Source of the DNA: Thiohalomonadaceae bacterium
GTDB taxonomy: Bacteria; Pseudomonadota; Gammaproteobacteria; Thiohalomonadales; Thiohalomonadaceae
Assembly (NCBI GenBank): GCA_041555695.1
Contig: JBFFJV010000001.1
Span: 1 to 37,076 of the forward strand
Reading direction: 5' to 3'
DNA: 37,076 nucleotides
Shown: positions 27,942 through 36,107 of the stretch, one piece after another
Layout: the number at the start of each line of letters is the position of its first letter
How positions within the stretch are numbered: the first letter of the stretch is position 1
Position numbers and translations under genes: made by a program
The notes under the pieces: generated by a model
The model's input: only the letters and a program-made list of their open reading frames with translations
Database searches by the model: none
What the model was told of the DNA's origin: nothing

Positions 27942-28886
27942 ATGTCGGCCTCCGGCTCCAAAAAGGTGATCTTTGCCGCCCTGATAGGCAACACCCTTAT
28001 TTCGATCACCAAGTTTATCGCCGCTGCCATGACCGGCAGCTCGGCGATGCTCTCTGAGGGCATACACTCACTGGTTGATACCGGCAATCAGGTGCTACTG
28101 CTGTACGGAATGAAACGGGCACAAAAGCCAGCCGATGATCAATTTCCCTTTGGTCATGGCAAGGAGATCTATTTCTGGAGCTTTGTCGTCGCGATTCTCA
28201 TCTTCGCGGTAGGTTCCGGGGTCTCTATCTACGAGGGGATTCACAGTCTGTATGACCCGCAGCCGGTAGAGAATCCGTGGATCAGTTATATCGTCCTCGG
28301 TATGGCGCTGGTGTTCGAGGGCGGGGCGTGGTTCTTTGCGTTTAAGGAGTTCACCCGGGCCAAGGGAAAGTGGGGCTATATTGAGGCGGTGCAACGCGGC
28401 AAGGATCCCTCTATGTTCGTCGTGCTGTTTGAAGACTCAGCAGCAATGCTCGGCCTGGTGGTCGCCTTTGTCGGTATTCTTCTCAGTCAGCTCACCGGTA
28501 TCCTCATTTTTGACGGCATTGCCTCAATTTTGATTGGTCTTATCCTTGGCGGCACTGCGATCTGGCTCGCCTATGAGACCAAGGGACTGCTCATCGGTGA
28601 GAGTGCCAATACTCAGGTGGTAGAGGGTATTCGTGGCATTGTCGCGGGCTGTGATAGCGTTGAACATGTCAATGAGGTGCTGACCATGCATATGGGGCCG
28701 GACTTTATCCTCGCCAATATTAGTGCCGATTTTGATGATGCGGTGAGTGCCGATAAAGTAGAGCAGAATATTGCCGATATTAACCGTCGTATTAAACAGG
28801 TGTACCCGCAAATTAAACGTGTCTTTATTGAGGCGGAGAAGCGGAGTAACCATCAGGCTGCCATGGTGCAGGAGAGTCAGGTATGA
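27942..28886 (+). CDS. Cation diffusion facilitator (CDF) family transporter
   Basis: Six predicted TM segments, the CDF signature region SSAMLSEGIHSLVDTGNQ, and a C-terminal cytoplasmic domain (VEHVNEVLTMHMGPDFILANISADF). Confidence 0.88.
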   Translation: MSASGSKKVIFAALIGNTLISITKFIAAAMTGSSAMLSEGIHSLVDTGNQVLLLYGMKRAQKPADDQFPFGHGKEIYFWSFVVAILIFAVGSGVSIYEGIHSLYDPQPVENPWISYIVLGMALVFEGGAWFFAFKEFTRAKGKWGYIEAVQRGKDPSMFVVLFEDSAAMLGLVVAFVGILLSQLTGILIFDGIASILIGLILGGTAIWLAYETKGLLIGESANTQVVEGIRGIVAGCDSVEHVNEVLTMHMGPDFILANISADFDDAVSADKVEQNIADINRRIKQVYPQIKRVFIEAEKRSNHQAAMVQESQV

Positions 28887-29737
28887 GCATTCCTTTAGTA
28901 ATTTATCATGGAAATTGTCTGGATGGATTTGGCGCGGCCTATGCTGCACATCGTCACTTCCTGTCTCAGGGAATTGAGGCGGAATTTTATGCCGCCTCGC
29001 ACGGTGAGCCGATGCCGCAGTGCGATGGGCGTGAGGTCTACGTGGTCGACTTCTCTTTTAAGCGCCCGGAGATGAAGCAATTGTGTGAGCTTGCGCAGAA
29101 GGTCACCGTGCTGGATCACCATATCAGCGCACAGGAAGATCTCGATGGCCTGGAGGCAGAGCACGATAATTTGAAGGTGGTGTTCGATATGTCACGTTCC
29201 GGTGCTGTGATTACCTGGGAATATTTTCACCAGCAACCGGTACCGCAACTGTTACTGCATGTACAGGATCAGGACCTGTGGAACTTTGAGTTAGAGGGCA
29301 CCAAAGATATTAATTCGGCGTTGATGTCCCATCCCTTCGGTTTTGAGCTGTGGCATGATGTGGTGAGCTCGCCTGAGCGCTTCAACACCCTGCTAAGTGA
29401 GGGCAAGGCGATCAACCGTTTCCGTCAGGAGATGATTGATGGTTATAAGAAGCGGGCAGTGATGGGACGTATTGCCGGTTTTGATGTGCCGGTAGTCAAT
29501 TGCCCTCGCGCCATCATTAGTGAACTGGTCGGCGCGCTTTCCGAAGGCCACCCCTTTGCCGCAGGCTATCAGGATAAGGGCGATAAGCGCAGCTGGTCGC
29601 TACGCTCCAGCCGCAATGGCGGGGAGGATGTGGCAAAGGTCGCAGCGCTATTCGGTGGTGGTGGCCAAAAAAATGCCGCCGGTTTTGCGACGACCATCCC
29701 CGAATCTCTGCTGCAGCTGGAGCCCGAAGAGGGCTAG
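28883..29737 (+). CDS. DHH/DHHA1-superfamily phosphoesterase (NrnB/COG2404-like)
   Basis: DHH motifs I-IV read as IYHGNCLDG, VVDFS, LDHHIS and DQDLW. The C-terminal DHHA1-type glycine motif is FGGGGQKNAAGF. The ATGA overlaps the CDF stop. Confidence 0.75.
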   Translation: MSIPLVIYHGNCLDGFGAAYAAHRHFLSQGIEAEFYAASHGEPMPQCDGREVYVVDFSFKRPEMKQLCELAQKVTVLDHHISAQEDLDGLEAEHDNLKVVFDMSRSGAVITWEYFHQQPVPQLLLHVQDQDLWNFELEGTKDINSALMSHPFGFELWHDVVSSPERFNTLLSEGKAINRFRQEMIDGYKKRAVMGRIAGFDVPVVNCPRAIISELVGALSEGHPFAAGYQDKGDKRSWSLRSSRNGGEDVAKVAALFGGGGQKNAAGFATTIPESLLQLEPEEG

Positions 29738-29744
29738 CTACACT

Positions 29745-30251
29745 ATGCCAGGCTGTCGGGAACGTTTTCTCTGCGATGAGATGCTGGCGCGGTTGGGGCG
29801 CTGGTTACGTGCCGCCGGTTATGATGTGCTGATCGCCGAGGCCGGCGAGGCAGATAAAGAATTGCTGCAACGGGCGCGTAATGACGATCGTCTCTTGATT
29901 ACCCGCGATCGCAAGATAGAAGAGCATCGTGAAGCGGCTGGGCGTGTGGTGCTACTCGATGCTAATCAGTTGTCCGGGCAACTGAAGGAGTTAAGCTGGC
30001 TCTGTTCCATCGACTGGTTGTGTCACCCCTTTAGCCGCTGTCTGGAGTGCAATACCAAACTGGTCGTGGCAGATGATTCGGTTCGCAGGCGCGTACCGTC
30101 GCAGGCGCTACGTGCTGATGAGAAACTGCTCTACTGTCCTCATTGTGATCAACCCTACTGGCACGGCAGCCATGTCAGGCGAATGCAGAATAAACTCAAA
30201 CAACTCTCAGCGGGTATCTGGGATGGCGGTTTGGATGATGAGTTAACCTGA
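29745..30251 (+). CDS. Mut7-C (DUF82) PIN-like RNase-domain protein with a C-terminal zinc ribbon
   Basis: FLCDEMLARLGRWLRAAGYDV...LLITRDR matches the Mut7-C N-terminal pattern. The C-terminal CLECN...CPHCDQPYWHGSH is a zinc ribbon. I chose the ATG at 29745; the upstream part of the tracked ORF overlaps the DHH gene out of frame. Confidence 0.75.
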   Translation: MPGCRERFLCDEMLARLGRWLRAAGYDVLIAEAGEADKELLQRARNDDRLLITRDRKIEEHREAAGRVVLLDANQLSGQLKELSWLCSIDWLCHPFSRCLECNTKLVVADDSVRRRVPSQALRADEKLLYCPHCDQPYWHGSHVRRMQNKLKQLSAGIWDGGLDDELT

Positions 30252-30266
30252 TTAAGAGATAGAACA

Positions 30267-31298
30267 ATGACCCACACCGTTTTTGACTCGCCAGAGAATT
30301 TTTCTGCCGCCTTTATCTCCGGACTCGGGGAAATGTTGGAACATGATGGTCTGGGTGTCTTTATCCTCGTCTGTGCCAATGCCGGTTTCGATGAACGCAT
30401 TCAGCAGGCCCTGGCGGGCCGACTAAAACAGCGCTTTGATCAATACAGTCAACAGTATCGCGACGCCCTGAGCCACGGCCGAACCCTGCCCGATGCCGAT
30501 GATGATGTACTGGTCTTTCTCAAACTGATGGCGATCGGTTTCGATGCCCTGCAACCGACGCAGCGCCGTGCTGAAGGGGCGTGGGAGGTACAGTTCAACC
30601 AGCTGCGTGCCTTTCGTCCACCACGTATGGCCAACACGAAAGTCGATACGCTGCATATGCCGTTTAACCAGAACGGTTTTCATTTCAACAAACCCTTCCT
30701 GCGTAAGGAGGCCTTCTGGTCTGGTGTCTTGCAGGGGCGCGAGGTAGAGCTGCTCTACAATAAATTCCCTTTTGTGGATTATCACGCCCTACTGGTGCCG
30801 CAACGCGAGCACGAGGCACCGCAGTTTCTCACCCATGATGATCACCACTACATGTGGCGTATCAGCGAGGAGCTGGGAGCCAGCCTGCCGGGTGTCGGTT
30901 TTGGCTATAATGCCTATGGTGCCTACGCCTCAGTGAATCATCTGCATTTTCAGATGTTCCTGCGTGAGGAGCCGCTGCCACTACAGTCAGCGCAGTGGCA
31001 GCATAATGGTGGGAAGCAGGTTTACCCTTCACGGGTGGAGCGCTTCGATAATGCTGAAGCGGCATGGCGCTATATCGAGACCATGCACCGGGGAGGGGAC
31101 AGTTATAACCTGCTCTATCTGCCGGGTGAGATCTATTGCCTGCCACGTCGCCTGCAGGGGAGCTATCAGCATGAAACCTGGACTGGGGGATTTGCCTGGT
31201 ACGAGATGTGTGGCGGGATGGTGAGTTTTAGTCACGAAGAATATTCGCAACTCAGCAGCGAGATGGTTGAGGCGGAGTTTTCCAAATTGTCTCTGTAG
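30267..31298 (+). CDS. GDP-hexose phosphorylase-like HIT-superfamily protein (GalT/Apa branch, HxHxQ)
   Basis: LLYNKFPFVDYHALLVP and ASVNHLHFQ (HLHFQ at 30939-30953) are the two motifs shared by GDP-L-galactose/GDP-D-glucose phosphorylases and Ap4A phosphorylase-type enzymes. I do not recognise the N-terminal 150 aa or so. Confidence 0.65.
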   Translation: MTHTVFDSPENFSAAFISGLGEMLEHDGLGVFILVCANAGFDERIQQALAGRLKQRFDQYSQQYRDALSHGRTLPDADDDVLVFLKLMAIGFDALQPTQRRAEGAWEVQFNQLRAFRPPRMANTKVDTLHMPFNQNGFHFNKPFLRKEAFWSGVLQGREVELLYNKFPFVDYHALLVPQREHEAPQFLTHDDHHYMWRISEELGASLPGVGFGYNAYGAYASVNHLHFQMFLREEPLPLQSAQWQHNGGKQVYPSRVERFDNAEAAWRYIETMHRGGDSYNLLYLPGEIYCLPRRLQGSYQHETWTGGFAWYEMCGGMVSFSHEEYSQLSSEMVEAEFSKLSL

Positions 31299-31328
31299 AG
31301 ATAAAAAATGCTGGAGCGGGCTTTTTTA

Positions 31329-32957
31329 TTAGATACTGCCGGACTGCCGCTTCACATCCACATACAGGGTAAGCTTTTCACCTGGCTTCAGATATTTCTT
31401 TCCCTGCAGCTTTTTGTTCCAGCGCTTGAGGCTGTCGATGCTGACGCGAAACTTTCCGGAGATCAGTGCCAGCGAGTCGCCGTTGCGTACGGTGTAGCCG
31501 ATGCGTCGGGTGGTGGTTTTTTCGAAAGGGTGAACGAAGGTGGCGGGATTGATTGCCGAGACTTTCTTCTGTTTATCTTTTGTCCAGATCACCAGCTTGC
31601 TACCAGGGCGTAGTGGGTCGCGTGGTGCCATGCCGTTCCAGCTGGCCAGCTGCTGTACCTCAACGCTGTATTTCTTCGCGATATCCCACAGGGTGTCACC
31701 TTCGCGCACCTGGTACTCCAGGCGGTTGCCCTTGCGTTTGCGGCTCTGTGTGCTCTGCAGGCGCTGGTTGGCGCTAAGGCGGTAACGCGACAGGCTCTTG
31801 CGTGCTACAGGGATGATGATGGTTTTACCTGCGCGGATATTGTTGCCCTTAATACCGTTGACCTTGCGAATGAGGTCGGCATTGGTTCGGTAGTTTTCGG
31901 CGATCACGCCCAGCACTTCACCGGATTTAATCTTGTGGCGTTTCCAGCTGATGCGCTCACTCTTCGGGTATTCACTCAGGGCGTTCTGGAACTGTTCTAC
32001 CTTTTCAACCGGTACCAGCAGTTTGTGTGGCCCTTTAGGGTCGGTGGCCCAGCGGTTGAAACCGGGGTTGTAGCGGTAGATCTCCTCCAGCGTAATGCCG
32101 GCAAGTTCGGCGGCCAGATCCAGATCGATTTGTGAGCCTACATCGACATTACTCAAGTAGGGGGTATCGGGCACACTGGCCAGAATCACGTCATGTGCTG
32201 GCGGGTTGGCAACCAGCGTACTGATGGCGAGCAGTTTGGGAACGTAGCCTTCAGTCTCTTTTGGCAGGTCCAGCGACCAGTAATCAGTGGCTTTGCCCTT
32301 CTTCTTATTACGGCGAATCGCCTTTCTCACCGTGCCTTCACCTGAGTTATAGGCGGCCAGTGCATGTAACCAGTCGCCGTCGAAATATCGGTGCAGGTAT
32401 TCAAGGTAGTCTAAGGCGGCATGGGTTGAGGCGGTGACATCACGACGCCCGTCATACCACCAGGTTTGGCTCAATTTGAAACGACGACCGGTGCCGGGTA
32501 CGAACTGCCACAGTCCGGCGGCACGACCATGGGAGTAGGCGAAGGGCTGGTAGGCACTTTCCACCACCGGCAATAGTGCGATCTCCATCGGGATACCACG
32601 CCGTTCTATCTCCTCGACGATGAGGTGCAGATAGGGGGTGGCACGTTCGGTCATGCGTGCCAGGTAACTCTTGTGACGGGTGTACCAGGCGAGGTCATTC
32701 TGCACCCGCGGGTGCTGGTGAGCGCTAAGCTGAAAGCCATCGCGCAGGCGGCTCCACAGATCACGTGGTTCATTGCAGCTCTCGGCGACGGGCTCCGGCT
32801 CGGGGGCAATGACGACGGGTTCCGGCTGAGGCGCTGCAACAACGACAGCCTCAACCGGCTCCTGCAGTGACAGTTGCGATAGACAGCCGCTTAGCGTCAG
32901 GCTGAACAGGGCGCAACAGAGGAGCGCGCGAGTCCGTGTTCTTTTTGTTATAAACAT
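31329..32957 (-). CDS. mltD: Membrane-bound lytic murein transglycosylase D with three LysM domains
   Basis: Lipoprotein signal with lipobox (LTLSGC), SLT domain (ALLPVVESAYQPFAYSHGRAAGLWQF), and three C-terminal LysM repeats (HKIKSGEVLGVIA..., YQVREGDTLWDIA..., YTVRNGDSLALIS...). I chose the ATG at 32957; the longer tracked ORF would overlap gloB. Confidence 0.92.
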   Translation of the reverse strand: MFITKRTRTRALLCCALFSLTLSGCLSQLSLQEPVEAVVVAAPQPEPVVIAPEPEPVAESCNEPRDLWSRLRDGFQLSAHQHPRVQNDLAWYTRHKSYLARMTERATPYLHLIVEEIERRGIPMEIALLPVVESAYQPFAYSHGRAAGLWQFVPGTGRRFKLSQTWWYDGRRDVTASTHAALDYLEYLHRYFDGDWLHALAAYNSGEGTVRKAIRRNKKKGKATDYWSLDLPKETEGYVPKLLAISTLVANPPAHDVILASVPDTPYLSNVDVGSQIDLDLAAELAGITLEEIYRYNPGFNRWATDPKGPHKLLVPVEKVEQFQNALSEYPKSERISWKRHKIKSGEVLGVIAENYRTNADLIRKVNGIKGNNIRAGKTIIIPVARKSLSRYRLSANQRLQSTQSRKRKGNRLEYQVREGDTLWDIAKKYSVEVQQLASWNGMAPRDPLRPGSKLVIWTKDKQKKVSAINPATFVHPFEKTTTRRIGYTVRNGDSLALISGKFRVSIDSLKRWNKKLQGKKYLKPGEKLTLYVDVKRQSGSI

Positions 32958-33012
32958 TTCTCTATTATCGGCTAAAGCTGGAAATGACTTCAAGTGCTTA
33001 TTTTTCAACGGC

Positions 33013-33786
33013 TTAATCCAGGGTGTCTTTCCAGTGACGTACCACGGCCAGTACCTCGGCGGGGGAGTGCAGTTCGCGTCCGGCAAAGGCCTCGGCGGCG
33101 CTGACAAGTGAGGGGACGTGGCTGCGCAGAAAGGGGTTGGTTGCCTTCTCTAGCGCGAGGCTGGCCGGTACCGTCGCTTTGCCCTCAGTGCGTAAGCGTT
33201 TCACCTCTTCAGCGCGCGCTGTGGTCTCGCCGTTATCGGGCTCGGCCACCACGGCAAAGCCGAGGTTGGCGCTGGTGTACTCATGGGCGCAGTAGAGTTG
33301 TGTGTGGTCGGGCAGGGCTCGTAGTTTTTCCAGTGACTGGTACATCTGCTCTGCGGTTCCCTCGAACAGGCGGCCGCAGCCGGCGGCAAACAGCGTATCA
33401 CCGCTGAACAGTGCGCCGTGACCGTAGTAACAGATGTGACCGCGTGTATGACCGGGGGTATCGAATACCTCCAGGCTAAGGCCGCAGGCTTCTAGCGCTA
33501 CCCGATCTCCCTCTCGCATGGGATGGGTGAGGGCGGGAATTCGCTCGTTGGCCGGGCCGTAGACGGGGATTTGATAACGCTCCACCAGTTTGGTTACCCC
33601 GCCGGTGTGATCACCGTGGTGGTGGGTGATGAGGATGGCGTTGGGGCGTAGTCCCTGCTGCTCCACATACTCAATCACCGGGTCGGCATCACCGGGATCG
33701 ACAATCGCCACTTCAGTCTGGTCGTTACAGCCGATCAGCCAGATATAGTTGTCGTCAAAGGCATTGAGTTGATGGACTTTCATCAT
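33013..33786 (-). CDS. gloB: Hydroxyacylglutathione hydrolase (glyoxalase II)
   Basis: AFDDNYIWLI, the metallo-beta-lactamase motif THHHGDHTGG, TPGHTRGH and CAHEYT. Adjacent to mltD, as in E. coli. Confidence 0.95.
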   Translation of the reverse strand: MMKVHQLNAFDDNYIWLIGCNDQTEVAIVDPGDADPVIEYVEQQGLRPNAILITHHHGDHTGGVTKLVERYQIPVYGPANERIPALTHPMREGDRVALEACGLSLEVFDTPGHTRGHICYYGHGALFSGDTLFAAGCGRLFEGTAEQMYQSLEKLRALPDHTQLYCAHEYTSANLGFAVVAEPDNGETTARAEEVKRLRTEGKATVPASLALEKATNPFLRSHVPSLVSAAEAFAGRELHSPAEVLAVVRHWKDTLD

Positions 33787-33846
33787 GCGGGTTAACCTGT
33801 CAGGCTATCAGTAGCGGATAATCATTCGAGCGACCCTTTATACACC

Positions 33847-34638
33847 ATGAAGCGACTTCTTCAAGCCTACCAGTGCACAGATTCGGTGAAAGCCCGCGCG
33901 CAGTTGCGTCTTTGGTATGGTGAGCCGCTGGGCCAGATGCTGTTGCATCGTGAGCAGGAGATGGTCGGGAAACTACTCCCGGGGCTGTTCGGTTACCACC
34001 TGCTGCAGCTGGGTGATGTGCTGGGAGATGGCTTATTGCAGGCGTCGCGTATCCCCCACAGCATGGTGATGGCTGAGGAGCTGCCGTTGAGCAAACAGGA
34101 TTCACCGCAACTTGAATACCTTCAAGGTCGAGCAGGGCAGCTGCCACTGGCCAGTGACAGCCTCGATGTGGTGTTGTTGCCACACCTGCTGGAGTTTGAG
34201 GGGGAGCCTCATCAGGTGTTGCGCGAGGTCGAGCGGGTATTGATACCAGAGGGGCACCTGGTACTTCTCTGCTTTAACCCGTGGAGCCTGTTTGGTCTGA
34301 GGCGTATGCTTCAGGGCTGGCGCGATGATAGCCCATGGTCGGGCCACTTTTATACTCCAATGCGGCTTAAGGACTGGTTGAGCCTGCTCGGTTTTGATAC
34401 CGTACTGCTGCACCACTACTTCTTCCGTCCCCCATTGCAACACCCATCGACTATGGCACGCCTGACGCGCATGGAGAGTCTGGGGCAACGCCTGTGGTCA
34501 CCCCTTGGTGGCGCCTATATGCTGGTGGCGAAAAAGCGGGTGGCGACGATAACACCGATTAAACCGCGTTGGCGTGCTACCCGCCGCCTGATCAATGTGG
34601 GACTGACTGAACCGTCGGCGCGTAGAGACAAGACATGA
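33847..34638 (+). CDS. Class I SAM-dependent methyltransferase, YafS-like
   Basis: Divergent from gloB and overlapping the rnhA start (ATGA), the position occupied by yafS in E. coli. It has a methyltransferase-11-like core ([19 protein letters not shown]...[10 protein letters not shown]). Confidence 0.75.
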   Translation: MKRLLQAYQCTDSVKARAQLRLWYGEPLGQMLLHREQEMVGKLLPGLFGYHLLQLGDVLGDGLLQASRIPHSMVMAEELPLSKQDSPQLEYLQGRAGQLPLASDSLDVVLLPHLLEFEGEPHQVLREVERVLIPEGHLVLLCFNPWSLFGLRRMLQGWRDDSPWSGHFYTPMRLKDWLSLLGFDTVLLHHYFFRPPLQHPSTMARLTRMESLGQRLWSPLGGAYMLVAKKRVATITPIKPRWRATRRLINVGLTEPSARRDKT

Positions 34639-35087
34639 GTGAAACCAGGAAAATGACAGTAGAGATCTATACTGACGGTGCATGCCGTGGCAATCCCGGT
34701 CCCGGAGGCTGGGGGGCGATGCTGCGATATAACGGTCACGAAAAAACACTGCACGGCGGTGAGAAACACACCACCAACAACCGTATGGAGTTAATGGCTG
34801 CGATTGTCGCGCTGGAGAGTCTGACTCGTCCCTGTGCGGTGAAACTGACCACCGATTCCAAGTATGTGATGCAGGGCATTACCGAGTGGATGGCCAACTG
34901 GAAAAAGCGTGGCTGGAAGACCGCCGCGAAGAAGCCGGTGAAGAATGTCGATCTGTGGCAGAGACTGGATCAGGCGCTTTCGCCGCATCAGGTTAAGTGG
35001 CACTGGGTAAGGGGGCATAGCGGACATCCTGAGAATGAGCTGGCCGATGAACTGGCTAACCGAGGCATCGACGAGCTGACAGAATAA
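34635..35087 (+). CDS. rnhA: Ribonuclease HI
   Basis: [34 protein letters not shown] and [18 protein letters not shown] are canonical RNase H1 motifs. Confidence 0.96.
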   Translation: MSETRKMTVEIYTDGACRGNPGPGGWGAMLRYNGHEKTLHGGEKHTTNNRMELMAAIVALESLTRPCAVKLTTDSKYVMQGITEWMANWKKRGWKTAAKKPVKNVDLWQRLDQALSPHQVKWHWVRGHSGHPENELADELANRGIDELTE

Positions 35088-35151
35088 TGGGATTGTCTAT
35101 GTTGTTATTACAGCTATTATTAAATGGATAATGACTGAAGAGGATGGGGCG

Positions 35152-35340
35152 ATGAAGCGCGAGTCTGGTGCAACGATGACCGAATATATATTGATGGTGG
35201 CCCTTATCGCTATTGCGCTGGTTGCTGGTGTTGCCCTGTTTCAGGGGGCCCTGACTGGTACAGTAAATGAGACGGTCGATTGTATGAGCAGCATCAGTGC
35301 GGGTTCTGCAGGAGATTGCGCGGCTGGATCATCGGAGTAA
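35152..35340 (+). CDS. flp: Flp/Fap-family type IVb (Tad) prepilin
   Basis: ESGATMTEYILMVALIAIALVAG matches the Flp G/xxxxEY processing motif followed by a hydrophobic helix. The ATG at 35152 has GAGGA upstream; the alternative start is 35131. The gene ends 19 nt before dnaQ. Confidence 0.8.
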   Translation: MKRESGATMTEYILMVALIAIALVAGVALFQGALTGTVNETVDCMSSISAGSAGDCAAGSSE

Positions 35341-35359
35341 GGTACAGGAATCGAATACG

Positions 35360-36082
35360 ATGACCGTCACAAGAAAGATTGTTCTGGATACCGAAACCAC
35401 GGGTCTGGAGCCGGCCTCTGGGCACCGTATTATTGAGATCGGGTGTGTAGAACTCATCAACCGCCGTCTCACCGGCAATAATTACCATGTCTACCTTCAG
35501 CCAGATCGTGAAATCGATGAAGGGGCCATCGAAGTCCACGGTATCACCAATGAATTCCTCGCGGATAAACCTCGTTTCCACGATGTGGTTGAGGACTTTG
35601 TCGCCTTTATTCGCGGTGCAGAACTTATTATTCACAATGCCCCCTTCGATGTAGGCTTTATCAATGCCGAATTGACGAGGATCGACTCACCCCACGGCAA
35701 GGTGGCGGACTTCTGCGGCGTGCTGGATACCCTGGTGATGGCGCGACAGTTGCACCCGGGGCAGAAGAATAACCTCGACGCCCTGTGCAAGCGGTATGGC
35801 ATCAATAATGCGCACCGCGAACTTCACGGGGCCTTGCTAGACTCGGAAATTCTCGCCGATGTCTACCTGGCGATGACCGGTGGCCAGACATCATTGTCGC
35901 TAGGGGGCGCTGATGATGGTTCGACACAGCAGGAGCGGGGGGTTCGTCGCCTTAATGCTGACAGGGCACCACTGACGGTGATTCGTGCGGTTGAGGATGA
36001 GCTGAAACGGCACGATGAGTTGATGCAGATTGTTGAGAAGAAAAGCGGCGGTACCAGCCTCTGGAAAGAGCTACTGAATTAG
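35360..36082 (+). CDS. dnaQ: DNA polymerase III epsilon subunit (3'-5' proofreading exonuclease)
   Basis: Exo motifs IVLDTETTG, HGITNEFL and H.ALLDSEILADVYL. The sequence is close to E. coli DnaQ throughout. The ATG at 35360 has AGGAA upstream. Confidence 0.96.
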   Translation: MTVTRKIVLDTETTGLEPASGHRIIEIGCVELINRRLTGNNYHVYLQPDREIDEGAIEVHGITNEFLADKPRFHDVVEDFVAFIRGAELIIHNAPFDVGFINAELTRIDSPHGKVADFCGVLDTLVMARQLHPGQKNNLDALCKRYGINNAHRELHGALLDSEILADVYLAMTGGQTSLSLGGADDGSTQQERGVRRLNADRAPLTVIRAVEDELKRHDELMQIVEKKSGGTSLWKELLN

Positions 36083-36107
36083 CCGCTATCTTCAGCTCAT
36101 TGCGATA

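Noticed and set aside
29520-29744. Upstream extension of the Mut7-C ORF (tracked start at 29520)
   Set aside because: The extension overlaps the 3' end of the DHH gene out of frame and is Arg/Pro/Ala-rich junk. The family-typical N-terminus (FLCDEML) begins right after the ATG at 29745.
31299-31328. AAAAAA...TTTTTT flanked segment between the convergent HIT-like gene and mltD as a bidirectional terminator
   Set aside because: The only pairing is A:T between the flanks. The central GCTGGAGCGGGC is not self-complementary, so there is no stable stem.
31308-31613. 101-aa plus-strand ORF, and the ORFs at 31540-31785 and 31553-31777
   Set aside because: They are antisense to the LysM region of mltD and have no motifs.
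32958-33107. N-terminal 50-aa extension of the mltD ORF
   Set aside because: It would overlap the gloB 3' end. The ATG at 32957 gives a proper lipoprotein signal peptide (…LTLSGC).
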